A stretch of DNA of 59,831 nucleotides, filler included, from Dugesia japonica (taxonomy: Eukaryota), in the NCBI GenBank assembly GCA_001938525.1. It is 6 parts of 6 records of this genome, joined end to end, with 100 filler letters (N's around TTAATTAATTAA, not from the genome) between each part and the next. Parts side by side here need not be neighbours in the genome. Positions count along the whole stretch, not along the records: positions 1 to 9,224 come from MQRL01520941.1; positions 9,325 to 19,683 come from MQRL01563115.1; 4 more parts are not named here. One strand, 5' to 3'. How positions within the stretch are numbered: the first letter of the stretch is position 1; each line of letters begins with the position of its first letter. This document shows positions 1-11,410 of this stretch, in pieces. The notes under the pieces were generated by a model, which had not been told where the DNA came from, made no database searches, and was given only the letters and a program-made list of their open reading frames with translations. The position numbers and the translations under genes are program-made.

Positions 1-263
1 GAAGTGCTTCAAATAACGAAAATTAATACTAAACAAAATCTAGTCATGTATGTTATTAAAGATTTTGAGAATAAAATCATACAAGGAATTCTTTGAGCAA
101 GAATCACAAGTTATTCCACCTCCTACTATATTTAGAATCAAAAAAATAATCAAATGGAAAGGGATCAGTAAAAATAATCAAAAAGAAAGGGATCAGTAAA
201 AATAAAAAATATTATGTAAAATTGCATGGATATCAAAAACCTACTTGGATATTAGCATCATAG
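1..263 (+). pseudogene. Polinton/adintovirus retroviral-type integrase, C-terminal part with chromodomain-like tail (frameshifted, truncated by window edge)
   Basis: Manual translation: EVLQITKINTKQNLVMYVIKDFENKIIQG / FFEQESQVIPPPTIFRIKKIIKWKG...KKYYVKLHGYQKPTWI. This matches the Maverick integrase pattern Y.lkD...I.G.FYeqEL...IekI...ylVKW.Gy...sWi and lies directly upstream of the penton gene. Confidence 0.75.
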
Positions 264-273
264 TTAATTAATA

Positions 274-1304
274 ATGACATTCAATAATTTCTGTACATTT
301 TTACTTAGTAATAGCTGTTCTCTTATACATCCGGATAATAGTGCTAGTAAATTCATTGTTGAGCTTCAAAATCCGATTTATATGAATGTTCAGTGGGTAA
401 TAGCATTGTTGGATTTTACCTTTGTATATCAAACATTTCCATTATATAGCAAGTTTAAATTTTAATACATGTCTACAAGAAATATATCAAATGAAATAAC
501 TGTTACAATTAATCACAAAGAACAATACTTGAGTGTAAGTAAAAATGAAAATAATAATGTCTACATGGCTTATAATGGTTATTTAACTATTAAATGTGAA
601 TATCCATATGTTGTTATATTTGAAAATGACACAACCGCCATTAGATTGGGATTCTCATATAAGATTAACCAAATAGATCCTGGATACTTTCCTATTATAT
701 ATACAATATTTAAAGAAGATTCTCCAATAGAATATGTAAACTTTAAAATAGAATATTCTAAAGTAAGTTATAATACTATACAGTTGAAAGTAGAATTATA
801 CATAACAAAAATTTAAGAATTAAGTAAATATTTAACAGAAAGCGGTTATGAACTATTTCTTACAATTAATCTCAAAGCAAATAATCTATTTCAAATGTCA
901 CTAAGAAATGATATCAAAACTGTTGCATTCGATAAAATCTTGACAAGAACATTGAGATTAGAAAAACAAAAATATTCTCATGCAGAATTGAAGGATGGTA
1001 TATTACAAGGTNNNNNNNNNNNNNNNNNNNNNNNNNNNNNNNNNNNNNNNNNNNNNNNNNNNNNNNNNNNNNNNNNNNNNNNNNNNNNNNNNNNNNNNNN
1101 NNNNNNNNNNNNNNNNNNNTAGAAAAACATAAAACTGATGAAGTAATACAAATAATAGTTGATAATACAATGTATTTACCGATTCCAACAACACGTATAA
1201 ACAATATAGAAATTAATATACGTGATTATAACGTAAAATTAATCAGGTTTCCAAAAGATACAAAAACACATTTAACTTTAAATTTTAGAAAAACTAATGT
1301 CTAA
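274..1304 (+). pseudogene. Adintovirus/Polinton minor capsid protein (penton), in-frame stops and an N-gap
   Basis: ORFs 274, 469 and 895 are in the same frame. N-terminus FLLSNSCSLIHPDNSASKFIVELQNPIYMNVQWVIAL and C-terminus after the gap YLPIPTTRINNIEINIRDYNVKLIRFPKDTKTHLTLNFRK are typical penton end motifs. Confidence 0.8.
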
Positions 1305-1623
1305 TCTCGATATTATATCATTGTACAGTAACAGCCAAGCAGGTGCAGAATTGCTTTACTTTGTAAGAAAACAGTATGGTTACGGCTGGTTGCAAAGAAG
1401 ATGTAGATTTNCGCTTTCTATTCTTAAGCGTATTGGTAGTTTTAGTATGAAAACTGCTCAAGATGTAATAGTTAATAATGGAAAAATATTACCAACATTG
1501 AAATTTAATGCATTGGCAAAACTTGGTGATGTAATGTCTTTGTTACCTAAAGGAGTAACTAATATGATCCCAAAAGTACCAAACATGTTACCATTCAGTA
1601 TAACAAATAGAATTCCATCATAA
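1297..1623 (+). CDS. Small conserved adintovirus/Maverick virion protein between penton and major capsid (QxG...QxGxG motif; putative core or membrane-active protein)
   Basis: YSNSQAGAELLYFVRKQYGYGWL motif followed by an amphipathic basic segment. Its position between penton and hexon is characteristic. Confidence 0.6.
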   Translation: MSNLDIISLYSNSQAGAELLYFVRKQYGYGWLQRRCRFXLSILKRIGSFSMKTAQDVIVNNGKILPTLKFNALAKLGDVMSLLPKGVTNMIPKVPNMLPFSITNRIPS

Positions 1624-1694
1624 ATAAGTAATATGATAACAAAGCAACCGTAAAAAATTAAATGCATCACGTATAAACAAACAAATGAGAAGAC

Positions 1695-2910
1695 ATGGAA
1701 CAATTTTTGAAAATGATTTACGGTGAAACTGAGTTATGTATTTTTGATTGTCCATCACCTCAAGCAGTTATTGAAAATGCTGCATTTGAAGATGTGTTTC
1801 CAATGAATTCAATTCCTGAATCAAAAAGCGATGTAGAACTTTATATAAATGGATCTCAAACTGAATATTTGGATTTGAATGATACTTTACTATATATTAA
1901 ACTGAAAGTAGTTGATAAGGCAGGCAAAGATTTGACTGAAAATTATGATGCAATTTTTAGTAACTATATGTTGCATATGCTTTTTAAGGATGTAATTCTT
2001 TCATTTAATAATTACCAAATTGAAGGTGGAAATGGAACCTATATTCAAAACGTACTGATTGAAACTTTATTGAATTCTAATGGCGACAGTAAAATTATTT
2101 GTCTTACAGCAATGAAGTATGAATCAGAAGAAAATAAAAATGCTTCTATTAAAAAATCTAAATCATTGTCTTTATGTGATTCATTGCAATTAGATTTTAT
2201 GTATCAACCGAAATATCTTATTCCTGGTGTTAATATCCACATTCGATTGAAAAGAGCAGCTTCTAAGATTTGTTAGGAATCTACAGCCAATAAACTTACC
2301 TTTGTATTACTAGATGCAAAATTAATGGTTAGACGTATACGCATTGAACTTTCAGTATTGGCTGGTCATCAATTAGGATTAAATAAGAAAAATGCAATTT
2401 ATCCGATAAGAAAGAAGGAAATTGTTGCTTTTGCAATCAGTGAAAATAGTACATCATTTTATAAGGAGCAAATATTTGGTGATCGTTGTTTAACCAACTT
2501 TCTTCTAATTGTATTTCAAAATGGAGATCAATATAATGGTAATTTAAACATTTAAATGCTAATTCCATATCTTTATCGAAAAACATTGATTATCGAGAGT
2601 CATATATTCAAGATTTTGAAAACCTTAATTATAGTAAACATATTGGCAATCTGTTGTTCGAAATATTGGATATTTGAATAAGAATAGGAATTCTGGAATA
2701 ACACTTGAAGAATTCAAAAGCAAATATCCGTTTTTTACATTTGTATTAGCTCCAGATTTTAATATAAATCAGAGTCAAATACTTTGACAAGGAAATCTGA
2801 GTTTGAATATAACGTTTGCTAAAGCTTTGACTGCACCAGGATATGTTATAATATATGGAGTATTTGAAAGCGAAATCCAAATAAATGCTAATAGAACAGC
2901 ACTAGTGTAA
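1695..2910 (+). pseudogene. Adintovirus/Polinton major capsid protein (hexon-like double jelly-roll)
   Basis: TELCIFDCPSPQAVIE...YLDLNDTLLYIKLKV...NYMLHMLFKDV...IETLLN. After an in-frame stop at 2274-2276 it continues into ORF 2325 (LAGHQLGLNKKNAIYPI). The C-terminus FFTFVLAPD...GNLSLNITFAKAL...IIYGVFESEIQINANRTALV* ends at 2910. Confidence 0.9.
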
Positions 2911-3037
2911 ACAATATCTAATATAATCAAATAAACATAAAATTATGAAGTATATTTTATATTTAATTACAATATCTTACTTTATTAGTTCATTTCAAGT
3001 TAATCAAATTGGATCAAAACTGTTGAGATCGTCGTAG

Positions 3038-3328
3038 TTGAAAGTGTATCTATTAGACAAACCTCCATACTTTCCAGTTAATAAAGCCCTAATTGTCATT
3101 ACTCAAACATCAAATCTTGATGGAGAACATTGGATAGCAGTTTATCATAAGCCTGAAATTATTTCAGTTTTTGATCCGCTTGGATTTTATTATCCCCATA
3201 TGTTGGTCTCGCATTTCTCAAAAATATCAAAGTCAATTTATTATAAAAAAATTAGATTTCAAAATCCGTTTAGAACAACTTGCTGTCAATATTGTCTGTT
3301 TTGGCTTAAAAATCAACATTCTAGCTGA
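3038..3328 (+). CDS. Adenain-like (adenoviral-type) cysteine maturation protease, 5' end probably degraded
   Basis: Catalytic motifs GEHWIAV (His), FDPLG (Asp) and FQNPFRTTCCQYC (Gln/Cys); follows the major capsid gene. Confidence 0.88.
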   Translation: MKVYLLDKPPYFPVNKALIVITQTSNLDGEHWIAVYHKPEIISVFDPLGFYYPHMLVSHFSKISKSIYYKKIRFQNPFRTTCCQYCLFWLKNQHSS

Positions 3329-3462
3329 AAATTGAAATTATGTGAAATATAATCAACATTGTAGTTGAAAATGTATATCTTGTATGTAAATAAATGTATT
3401 ATATAAAAATATTTTTGATTTTATTTTAAATTAAATCGAAAATGTGATTAAATATCAACATT

Positions 3463-5230
3463 AGTAGGTAGATAGTAGCGCACGGTCACAATTTGAAATG
3501 GTCACAATTTGAGGGGCACCCCCTTGGGGGGTCAACAACTGCTTACGATTGTGACCGAATTTTTGTGATGGTTTTTTTCTAAGATTTTTGGGATCAAAAT
3601 ATTTTTGATCGGATCAAATTTTTTTTGATCGGATCATATTTATTTGATCTGGTGGTGTGTGTGTATTTTTGAATTTTAAAATTTGTGTGTGTTTGGGTTG
3701 TTAAGGTGTTTTTTAAAAAGTAGTTCAAGTTGAGTTTGTGTTTGTGGTTGTGTGTGTGTAAGAATTAATTTGGACTCTAGGTGGAGCTGGAGATCTTGGA
3801 GATAAATTTTTTGGAGTTTTTTAGATTTGGTTGTTGTTGGACAAAAGTTCAGTCTATACATTGTTTAAAGGATTTATTGTGTTGGATGGATGGTTTGTCC
3901 TATAAGTGGGGTAGCGCAAGGTCACAGTCTTATGAGTTATCGTGGCTTGTTTTTTGGGAGGTTGTAGGTGATGGAGAAAATTTTGTATGTCGAACGTGTT
4001 TTGATTTTTTCTTTAAAGGACTTTAATTTGATTGGTTGATATTTGTAAGTAGTATAAGTGTGTTGAAAATTTTTCAAGAGGGGTAGAGTAGTATGTGTTG
4101 AAAGAGAATTAATTATCAGATTTTTTAATAATTACTTGAAATTTTTCGGACGTGTGGTTATGACGTCATAATCTTTTGAAATCTTTATTTTGAGTAAAAA
4201 TATTGTATTTTGCTTAAATTGATGAATTTGATGAAAGTAATGGTATTTTTGATTATTTGATGTATTTTAAAGTATTTTTGAACAGGGAAGGTTTGTTTTT
4301 AATATTTTTCGTTGTGGGAATAAGGCAGTCTTGATGATTTTTTTTGGCGGGAAATTAAAAAAAATATTTTTTGGCGGGAAATTCAGAAAATTTTTTTTGC
4401 ATGGGAAATTTAAAATTTTTTTAAGCAGACTTTATATTTATGTGTGAGATGGGACAGTCTTGATATTTAGCATGATATGAGGGGAGTCTTGATATTTAGC
4501 ATGGGGAGTTTCTATATTTTACATGGTATGGGCAGTCTCTATATTTTACATGGTATTTATGCATGGTATGGGCAGTTTTGATATTTTGTAAGACATTATT
4601 ACAAGATATCAGGCATTCTCTATAATATTACAAGATATCGGGCAGTCTGTTATATTACAAGATATCGGACAGTCTTGATATTTTGTATGGGACTGTCTCT
4701 ATATTTTACATAGGATGGAAGAGACTTGATATTTTGGAGTAAATAGGTCAGTCTTGAAATTTTTGTAAGAGATTGGACAGTCTTGATTGAAGCATTATTG
4801 ATTATTTTTCTTTATATATTACTTTAGATGAGTCAGTCTTGATATTTTTGCAGGATATTGGGTAGCCTTGATATTTTTAAGAGATTGAGGTATTATTGAT
4901 TTTTTAAAAAATACTTTTGATTTAGATGGGATAGTCTTGATATTTTGCAAGGGATGGAACCGTCTCAAATTTATAGACATGTGATTTTCACTGTATGTGT
5001 ATTGCATTCTCATGGCATCTGAGTTGCATTTATTAAAAAATAATCAATGAAAATTCAAAATGGCGGCTATGTTGAGTTTAAAAATTTCTTTTTGGTNNNN
5101 NNNNNNNNNNNNNNNNNNNNNNNNNNNNNNNNNNNNNNNNNNNNNNNNNNNNNNNNNNNNNNCTGAGTTGCATACCTATTGCATTTATTAATAAAAATTC
5201 CCAGGCATGTGATTTTTAGTGCATTTAAAA
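3463..5230 (+). repeat. Long Polinton-type terminal repeat (left end, family A)
   Basis: Starts AGTAGGTAGATAGTAGCGCAC. Colinear, diverged reverse-complement match to 19975-21269 (e.g. gatcggatcaaattttttttgatc, gtttgggttgttaaggtg, gagttgcat...ctattgcattt). Confidence 0.85.
4420..4970 (+). repeat. Degenerate tandem array of about 25-30 bp units (core CAGTCTTGATATTT) inside terminal repeat A
   Basis: More than 15 visible copies of (g)cagtcttgatattt / cagtctctatattt. Only a few copies occur in the homologous repeat near 20160-20400. Confidence 0.8.
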
Positions 5231-6689
5231 TAGCAATAGAATGGAGTCTTTGTGATATTTTCAAGATAAAAAATATCCATTAAAAATTTCAAAGAGGGGA
5301 GTCTTTGTGATATTTACATGAATAAATATTCAAATTAAAACTTTATATTAGCTAGGTGATTTTCTATAAAAAACATATTACTAGTGACAATTTTTTATAA
5401 AAATATCATTAGCGTTGCAACTTTTAATAAAAAATCTCATTAATAATGCAATATTTCTATAAAAAAATTATTAGTGTTGCAATTCTTTTCATAAAACATA
5501 TTACTAGTGACAATTTTTTTTAAAATACATATTAACTGAGAACGTTTCTTTACAAAAGGATAAAAATATAGAACTTTTTTTTCATAAAAATCATAAATTC
5601 ATAGAACCTTCCCATATATAACTAATAAGTCTATATAAAAAAAAACTTATAATTAAATATTTTGATATCTGTATAGGGATTATGAGTGTATAGGATTGAG
5701 GAGTGGAATGGGTTTAAAAGGAAGAAGTTTAAAGAAGGAAAAGAGGGTTTAAGAAGGAAGAGGTTAAAAGAAAGGAAGAGGNNNAAAGAAAGGAAGAGGA
5801 TTTAAGAAAAAAAAGAAAAGTCTTAAAGAAAGAAAGAGTATTTAAAAAGGTAAAGAGGGTTTAAGAAGGAAGAGGGTAAAAGAAAAAAAGAGGGTTTTTA
5901 AAATGGTCCAAATACATAAACAAATTGGAATAAGTTTTTTTAACTATAAAAATGATAAATATGGCTGAAGTTTGAAGTAGAGATTTAAATGATTTGGAAT
6001 GTAGATGCTTGCAACTTGAACAGAAACCANNNNNNNNNNNNNNNNCACAATGGTGACTGCCATAGTATTTTGGAAAGATACTATGGTCATTGGTTTTATG
6101 GGAAAAATTATTTTGTGTGTCCTAATTGTAAGATACTAGGTTTAGAGGACTATTTAAGTTTTTATAAGACACATAAAAACACTTGACAAGCTTCACTAAA
6201 AATAAAAGGAATTTACTAAAAACAATATTAGACAGACATACGCATAGACAGTTAGATGAACGATCAGTAAATAAGATAATTAAGTTAGAAAAACATGAAG
6301 TTAATACAATCAATAATATTATTGAAGATGACGACGAAGAAGAAACAATCAATATAGAACCTGAAGAAACCGAAGAAACAAACAAAACACATAACCAGAT
6401 GAAGAAAATCGGAATTGTTTCAAACTATTTGACGAAATTGGGGACAAGGACATTGTAATACATCAGTTTATGGATGCAGAAGAAAGTATGCAAGATGGTA
6501 GATCAATAATTAATACTGATTATGACCTCAAACTATTCGACGAAATTGAGGACAAGGACATTGTATTACAACAGTTCATGGAATCAGAAAAAATATTCAA
6601 TTCGGTGAATCAATAATTGCTACTGATGATGGTGTGATAATAGAAACAGATTTAAGTTGTTGTTATCGTGTTTTAAAAATAGATATCTC

Positions 6690-6905
6690 AATGGATCCTA
6701 ATCTGAATATTTTGATTTAAGTGATACTTTATTGTATAATAAAGTAGAGGTAGTTGATAAGGCAGACAAAGATTCGGTTGACAATCATGATGCGATTTAT
6801 AGTAACTATATGTTGCATATGGTTTTTAGGATGTAATTCTTTAATTCAATAATTTCAAAATAGCATTGATTGAAACTATATTGAATTATAATGGTACCAG
6901 TAAGA
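6690..6905 (+). pseudogene. Second, degenerate fragment of the major capsid gene
   Basis: Nucleotide match to about 1848-2090 (aatggatc...gaatatttt...gatacttta...gtagttgataaggcag...agtaactatatgttgcatatg...gatgtaattctt...gattgaaact). Confidence 0.85.
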
Positions 6906-7776
6906 ATATTTGATAAAAAGTTCCTAAATGTTTTTTTAAAAAAATTTAATGCTTTAAAGTATTAAAATTTTTAGATATGTATTTTATTAATATTAAAATT
7001 TTACTCTAATTTTTTTACTAATTTATTTTTATTAAGATTTTTTTAGTTATTTTAATTATTAAAAATATTTGAAAAAATATTTATTTTAATTTTTTCTAAT
7101 TATTTATTTTTTAAACTATTTTAATTATTTATTTTTAATTTTTAACTTTTAATTATTNNNNNNNNNNNNNNNNNNNNNNNNNNNNNNNNNNNNNNNNNNT
7201 TTTTTTTAAGTTATTGTAATTAGTGAAACTTTTTCTGAAAATGTTTTGTTATTGTAATTGTTAAAAATTACATTTATCTCAGGTTTCTCCTCTTTAATTA
7301 ATATTTGTTCTGGTTTTTTTCTGTGAAGTGTAGAAATGTAGCCTGTTCCTAATGTTTTCCAGGTAAAACATTATGTTTGTTTTGAAACTTGTTTTTTATT
7401 ATTCCTAATATCATTTTTAAATCACTCTTCGTTTGTGTTAGCTCGTTTTTCATTTCATTTATTTTAATAATCATATCACTCTTGATTTTAATACATGATT
7501 TATTATTTTATAAAAGTTGTTGAATATAAATATTTTGATCATTTACTTGTTTTTGTAATTTAGTAATTTCATTATTTAAATATTTTAAATTAACTGCATC
7601 TAATTCATTTTTAGGCTCATTAATAATTTTCAAACAAGTAATTGAATCTCCACTTTCATTAACAAATCTTGCTTCGTTCTCTACAGATTCTAATTTTATT
7701 TTAGCGGATCCATGTTTTAATATTTCTGCATAATTTTGAATATTTAAAGTTTCTCACTAAAATTCATTTATTTATT

Positions 7777-7990
7777 TAAAGTAATATATAATTCGTTAAT
7801 AATTTCTCCAAAAGTTTTGTGCTGAAGAGATTATAAAAACCTAAACATAATATTCCACAGATACTAGTTCCAAAAGGTTGAACTTGAATTTTATTATATA
7901 CATTTAACTTTGATTCTATTTCCTTAAAAAGGTTTAATCCATATAAATCAAAATAATAGTCACTGTTTAGATGAATACGAATGTCTAATT
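7777..7990 (-). pseudogene. Second adenain-like protease fragment (C-terminal half), not in the ORF track
   Basis: Minus-strand translation DYYFDLYGLNLFKEIESKLNVYNKIQVQPFGTSICGILCLGFY matches YFDsyG...yN..q.Q...s.CG.yC. The His motif is missing. Confidence 0.75.
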
Positions 7991-9039
7991 AAAACAAAGC
8001 GTTGCCATGGCTGGTGAACGGCGTTGGCGCAACGTGGTAGCTATTGATTCAGGAATGAGGATTGAAAAGTCTATTAACCTTTATAAAAAGCAACCTAATG
8101 ACTTTCTTTTTGATTTGTATTTTGATAATTAATAATTTTAGCGCCATGCATGACGCTATTTTAATCTTTCATTAATAACTCAATGTGACCCGTTGGGATT
8201 TCATTTTTCATTAATATTTCTATTTCTAAATTTAAAAAATCTGCAATAGAATACAAATCAAAATTGGTTTTAGTATTTATTCCAAATGTTTTTAGAAAAT
8301 CTAGAATCATGCACATTTTTTCTGACAACAATAACATTCCCATTCAAAATTAAAACTGATTCTACTTTCACCTGAATCTAAATGTTTATATAAATTAACT
8401 TTACCATCAAATTTTTCTTTAGAATCAATACAAGTATATTCTTTTATTTTATTGTTTAAAATTTTTATTATATTTTCTAAAGCAAAATAAAAAAAACTAA
8501 TTACAAGTAAATTGGATTAATACGAGTTTCGCTGATGTGTGTTTTCCCTAAATGTGCGTTAGCGTTAACATTCACATTTGCACTGATATTTTATTATTTT
8601 ATTTTTATTGCGAAGCCGGCAGCCAAAATCTAATATACAAATCAAAACCAAAAATAACAAAAGAAATAAACATAACAAAACCAGAGTAATAGTGATAATT
8701 TTACAATTGCAATTATTGCGAGAATAATTGTTGGACNTAACCATTGATCGTTTTACAGAATTCATTTAAAATAAAAGCTTCGATCAAAAGTTTTGGTTTT
8801 TTTTTTGATATTTGATAATTCGATATTTCGACTTTGTCTTCGTCAGGAATTGACTTTTTCACATTCGTATTTATCACTATTACTTATATTACACTAAAAA
8901 TATAGTTCATCACAGTAAAATTTCGAAGTCAACGCTTTAAAATTTCATTTTGTCACACAAATTTTTTGTCAATACTATATCAATTCTTGATCAATCAAGT
9001 TACTAGAAACATGTGAGCAACCAAGAAAATTTCTGCCTC

Positions 9040-9100
9040 AAAAAAATTTTTTCAATCCAGTGGGGGAGCTAGTGAGGCAGTGAGCACATATTCCACTACT
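9040..9100 (-). repeat. Probable Polinton-type terminus (divergent)
   Basis: Reverse complement reads AGTAGTGGAATATGTGCTCAC, resembling the shared 21-nt terminal motif. It caps the region holding the second protease fragment. Confidence 0.5.
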
Positions 9101-9106
9101 ATAGTA

Positions 9107-9145
<39 letters not shown>

Positions 9146-9324
9146 AATACTAATAATAATAATAATAATTATAATTAATTACAATGAATCTACTTACTTT
9201 ATTATCAGGATGAATACGTGGACANNNNNNNNNNNNNNNNNNNNNNNNNNNNNNNNNNNNNNNNNNNNTTAATTAATTAANNNNNNNNNNNNNNNNNNNN
9301 NNNNNNNNNNNNNNNNNNNNNNNN

Positions 9325-10248
9325 TCTTGTTAATTGTTGACAGTAGAGAACAGTCAACAGTTTGACTTGATTGGAGTATTTCTTGGTAGATAATTCCTCT
9401 GTAATTTCACCAGATGCAGAGCATGACCTTCCTTAGTGTTAATTTCGGCTTCGCCACGGTTTGTGGGGTCTCGTCATGTTTTGTTCAAGATCGTTTTCTC
9501 ACATTTTTCTCGTATTTGATCCACTTTTCATCACACGTAATAAGACGTTTCAAAAATGAATCGATAGAGTTTCTTTTCAGNNNNNNNNNNNNNNNNNNNN
9601 NNNNNNNNNNNNNNNNNNNNNNNNNNNNNNTTTCAAAAATGAATCGATAGAGTTTCTTTTCAGCAATGTTTGGCATATTGAAATTCGGTCTGTTAAATTT
9701 TTCCATGTTAAATCATGTGGAATTCAAACATCTAGTATCTTTTTAAAACCAGCTTTTTCTAAATGGTTTAAAATGGTTTGGTGATGAATACCGAGGTCTT
9801 CTGAGATTTCACGGCTGCCTATATGCCTGTCTTCCTCTACCTTCTGAATGATTTGATCGACTTTTTGACATGTTGGCCGGCCAGAACGAGATGCGTCTTT
9901 GACGTCGAAATTTCCAGAGGGAAATCAATCGAACCATTCACGGACAATTCTATCAGACACAGCATCTGCACCATAAACCGTACCAATTTTTTTCGCAGCT
10001 TGCGTTGCATTTTTGCCTTTCATGAAGTAAAACTTCATGATGTATCGAATTTCTTCTTAATTTATGTTCATTTTTATTTATTAATAAAATCCAACTTCTT
10101 TAAATAACTTCTTTAAGCAATTTGAATGCTGTGATTATTAAATGTATATAATTGAAATCTTTAAACAAATAAAATATCAATAAAAATATCTGTAGACGTT
10201 TTTCGCCGCCTATTCACAAAATCGGCGCAAACTTTTTTGACAACCTAA
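9325..10248 (-). mobile_element. Mariner transposon, 5' part (degenerate transposase plus TIR)
   Basis: WIPHDL, LITCDEKWIKYE and KVMLCIW motifs. TIR TTAGGTTGTCAAAAAAGTTTGCGCCG flanked by TA. Confidence 0.9.
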
Positions 10249-10454
10249 TATATTATTTTATGAAATTATGAGTAGAGTTCATAAACATTACAAAAAATGT
10301 AGTCTGTATTCTTAAATAAATTTTCACCAGACAAATTTTATTTTTTTCACAAAATGAAAATAATATATTTCATTAAGATGGAAAACCAATAAAACGAAAT
10401 GGTANNNNNNNNNNNNNNNNNNNNNNNNNNNNNNNNNNNNNNNNNNNNNNNNNN

Positions 10455-11284
10455 TCTTGTTAATTGTTGACAGTAGAGAACAGTCAACAGTTTGACTTGA
10501 TTGGAGTATTTCTTGGTAGATAATTCCTTTGTAATTTCACCAGATGCAGAGCATGACCTTCCTTGGTGTTAATTTCGGCTTCGCCACGGTTTGTGGGGTC
10601 TCGTCATGTTTTGTTCAAGATCGTTTTCTCACATTGTTCTCGTATTTGATCCACTTTTCATCACACGTAATAAGACGTTTCAAAAATGAATCGATAGAGT
10701 TTCTTTTCAGCAATGTTTGGCATTTTGAAATTCGGTCTGTTAAATTTTTCCTTGTTAAATCATGCCGAATTCAAACATCTAGTATTTTTTTAAAACCAGC
10801 TTTCTCTAAATGGTTTAAAATGGTTTGGTGATGAATACCGAGGTCTGCTGAGATTTCACGGCTGCCTNNNTGCCTGTCTTCCTCTACCTTCTGAATGATT
10901 TGATCGACTTTTTGACATGTTGGCCGGCCAGAACGAGATGCGTCTTTGACGTCGAAATTTCCAGAGGGAAATCGATCGAACCATTCACGTACAATTCTAT
11001 CAGATACAGCATCTGCACCATAAACCGTACCAATTTTTTTCGCAGCTTGCGTTGCATTTTTGCCTTTCATGGAATAAAACTTCATGATGTATCGAATTTC
11101 TTCTTAATTTATATTCATTTTTATTTATTAATAAAATGCCTAACTTCTTTAAGCAATTTGAATGCTGTGATTATTAAATGTATATAATTGAAATATTTAA
11201 ACAAATAAAATATCAATAAAAATATCTGTAGACGTTTTTCGCCGCCTATTCACAAAATCGGCGCAAACTTTTTTGACAACCTAA
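10455..11284 (-). mobile_element. Near-identical second copy of the same mariner (likely haplotype or assembly duplication)
   Basis: 9325-10404 and 10455-11436 are nearly identical, including non-element flank, on either side of an N-gap. HTH segment KGKNATQAAKKI...RSGRP. Confidence 0.85.
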
Positions 11285-11410
11285 TATATTATTTTATGAA
11301 ATTATGAGTAGAGTTCATAAACATTACAAAAAATGTAGTCTGTATTCTTAATAAATTTTCACTAGACATTTTATTTTTTTCACAAAATGAAAATAATATA
11401 TTTCATTAAG

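Noticed and set aside
4420-4970. CRISPR-like array
   Set aside because: Repeats are degenerate, there are no unique constant-length spacers or cas genes, and the context is eukaryotic.
3676-5264. Short ORFs inside the terminal repeat
   Set aside because: Low-complexity, not conserved as ORFs in the homologous repeat, and no motifs.
3463-9100. Single 5.6-kb element bounded by the 3463 and 9100 ends
   Set aside because: The ends are not inverted repeats beyond the terminal motif and the flanks (AACATT vs ATAGTA) do not form a TSD.
9269-9280. TTAATTAATTAA between N-runs (also about 19728, 30011, 38889, 49869)
   Set aside because: An identical six-frame-stop linker embedded in fixed-length gaps; a scaffolding artefact.
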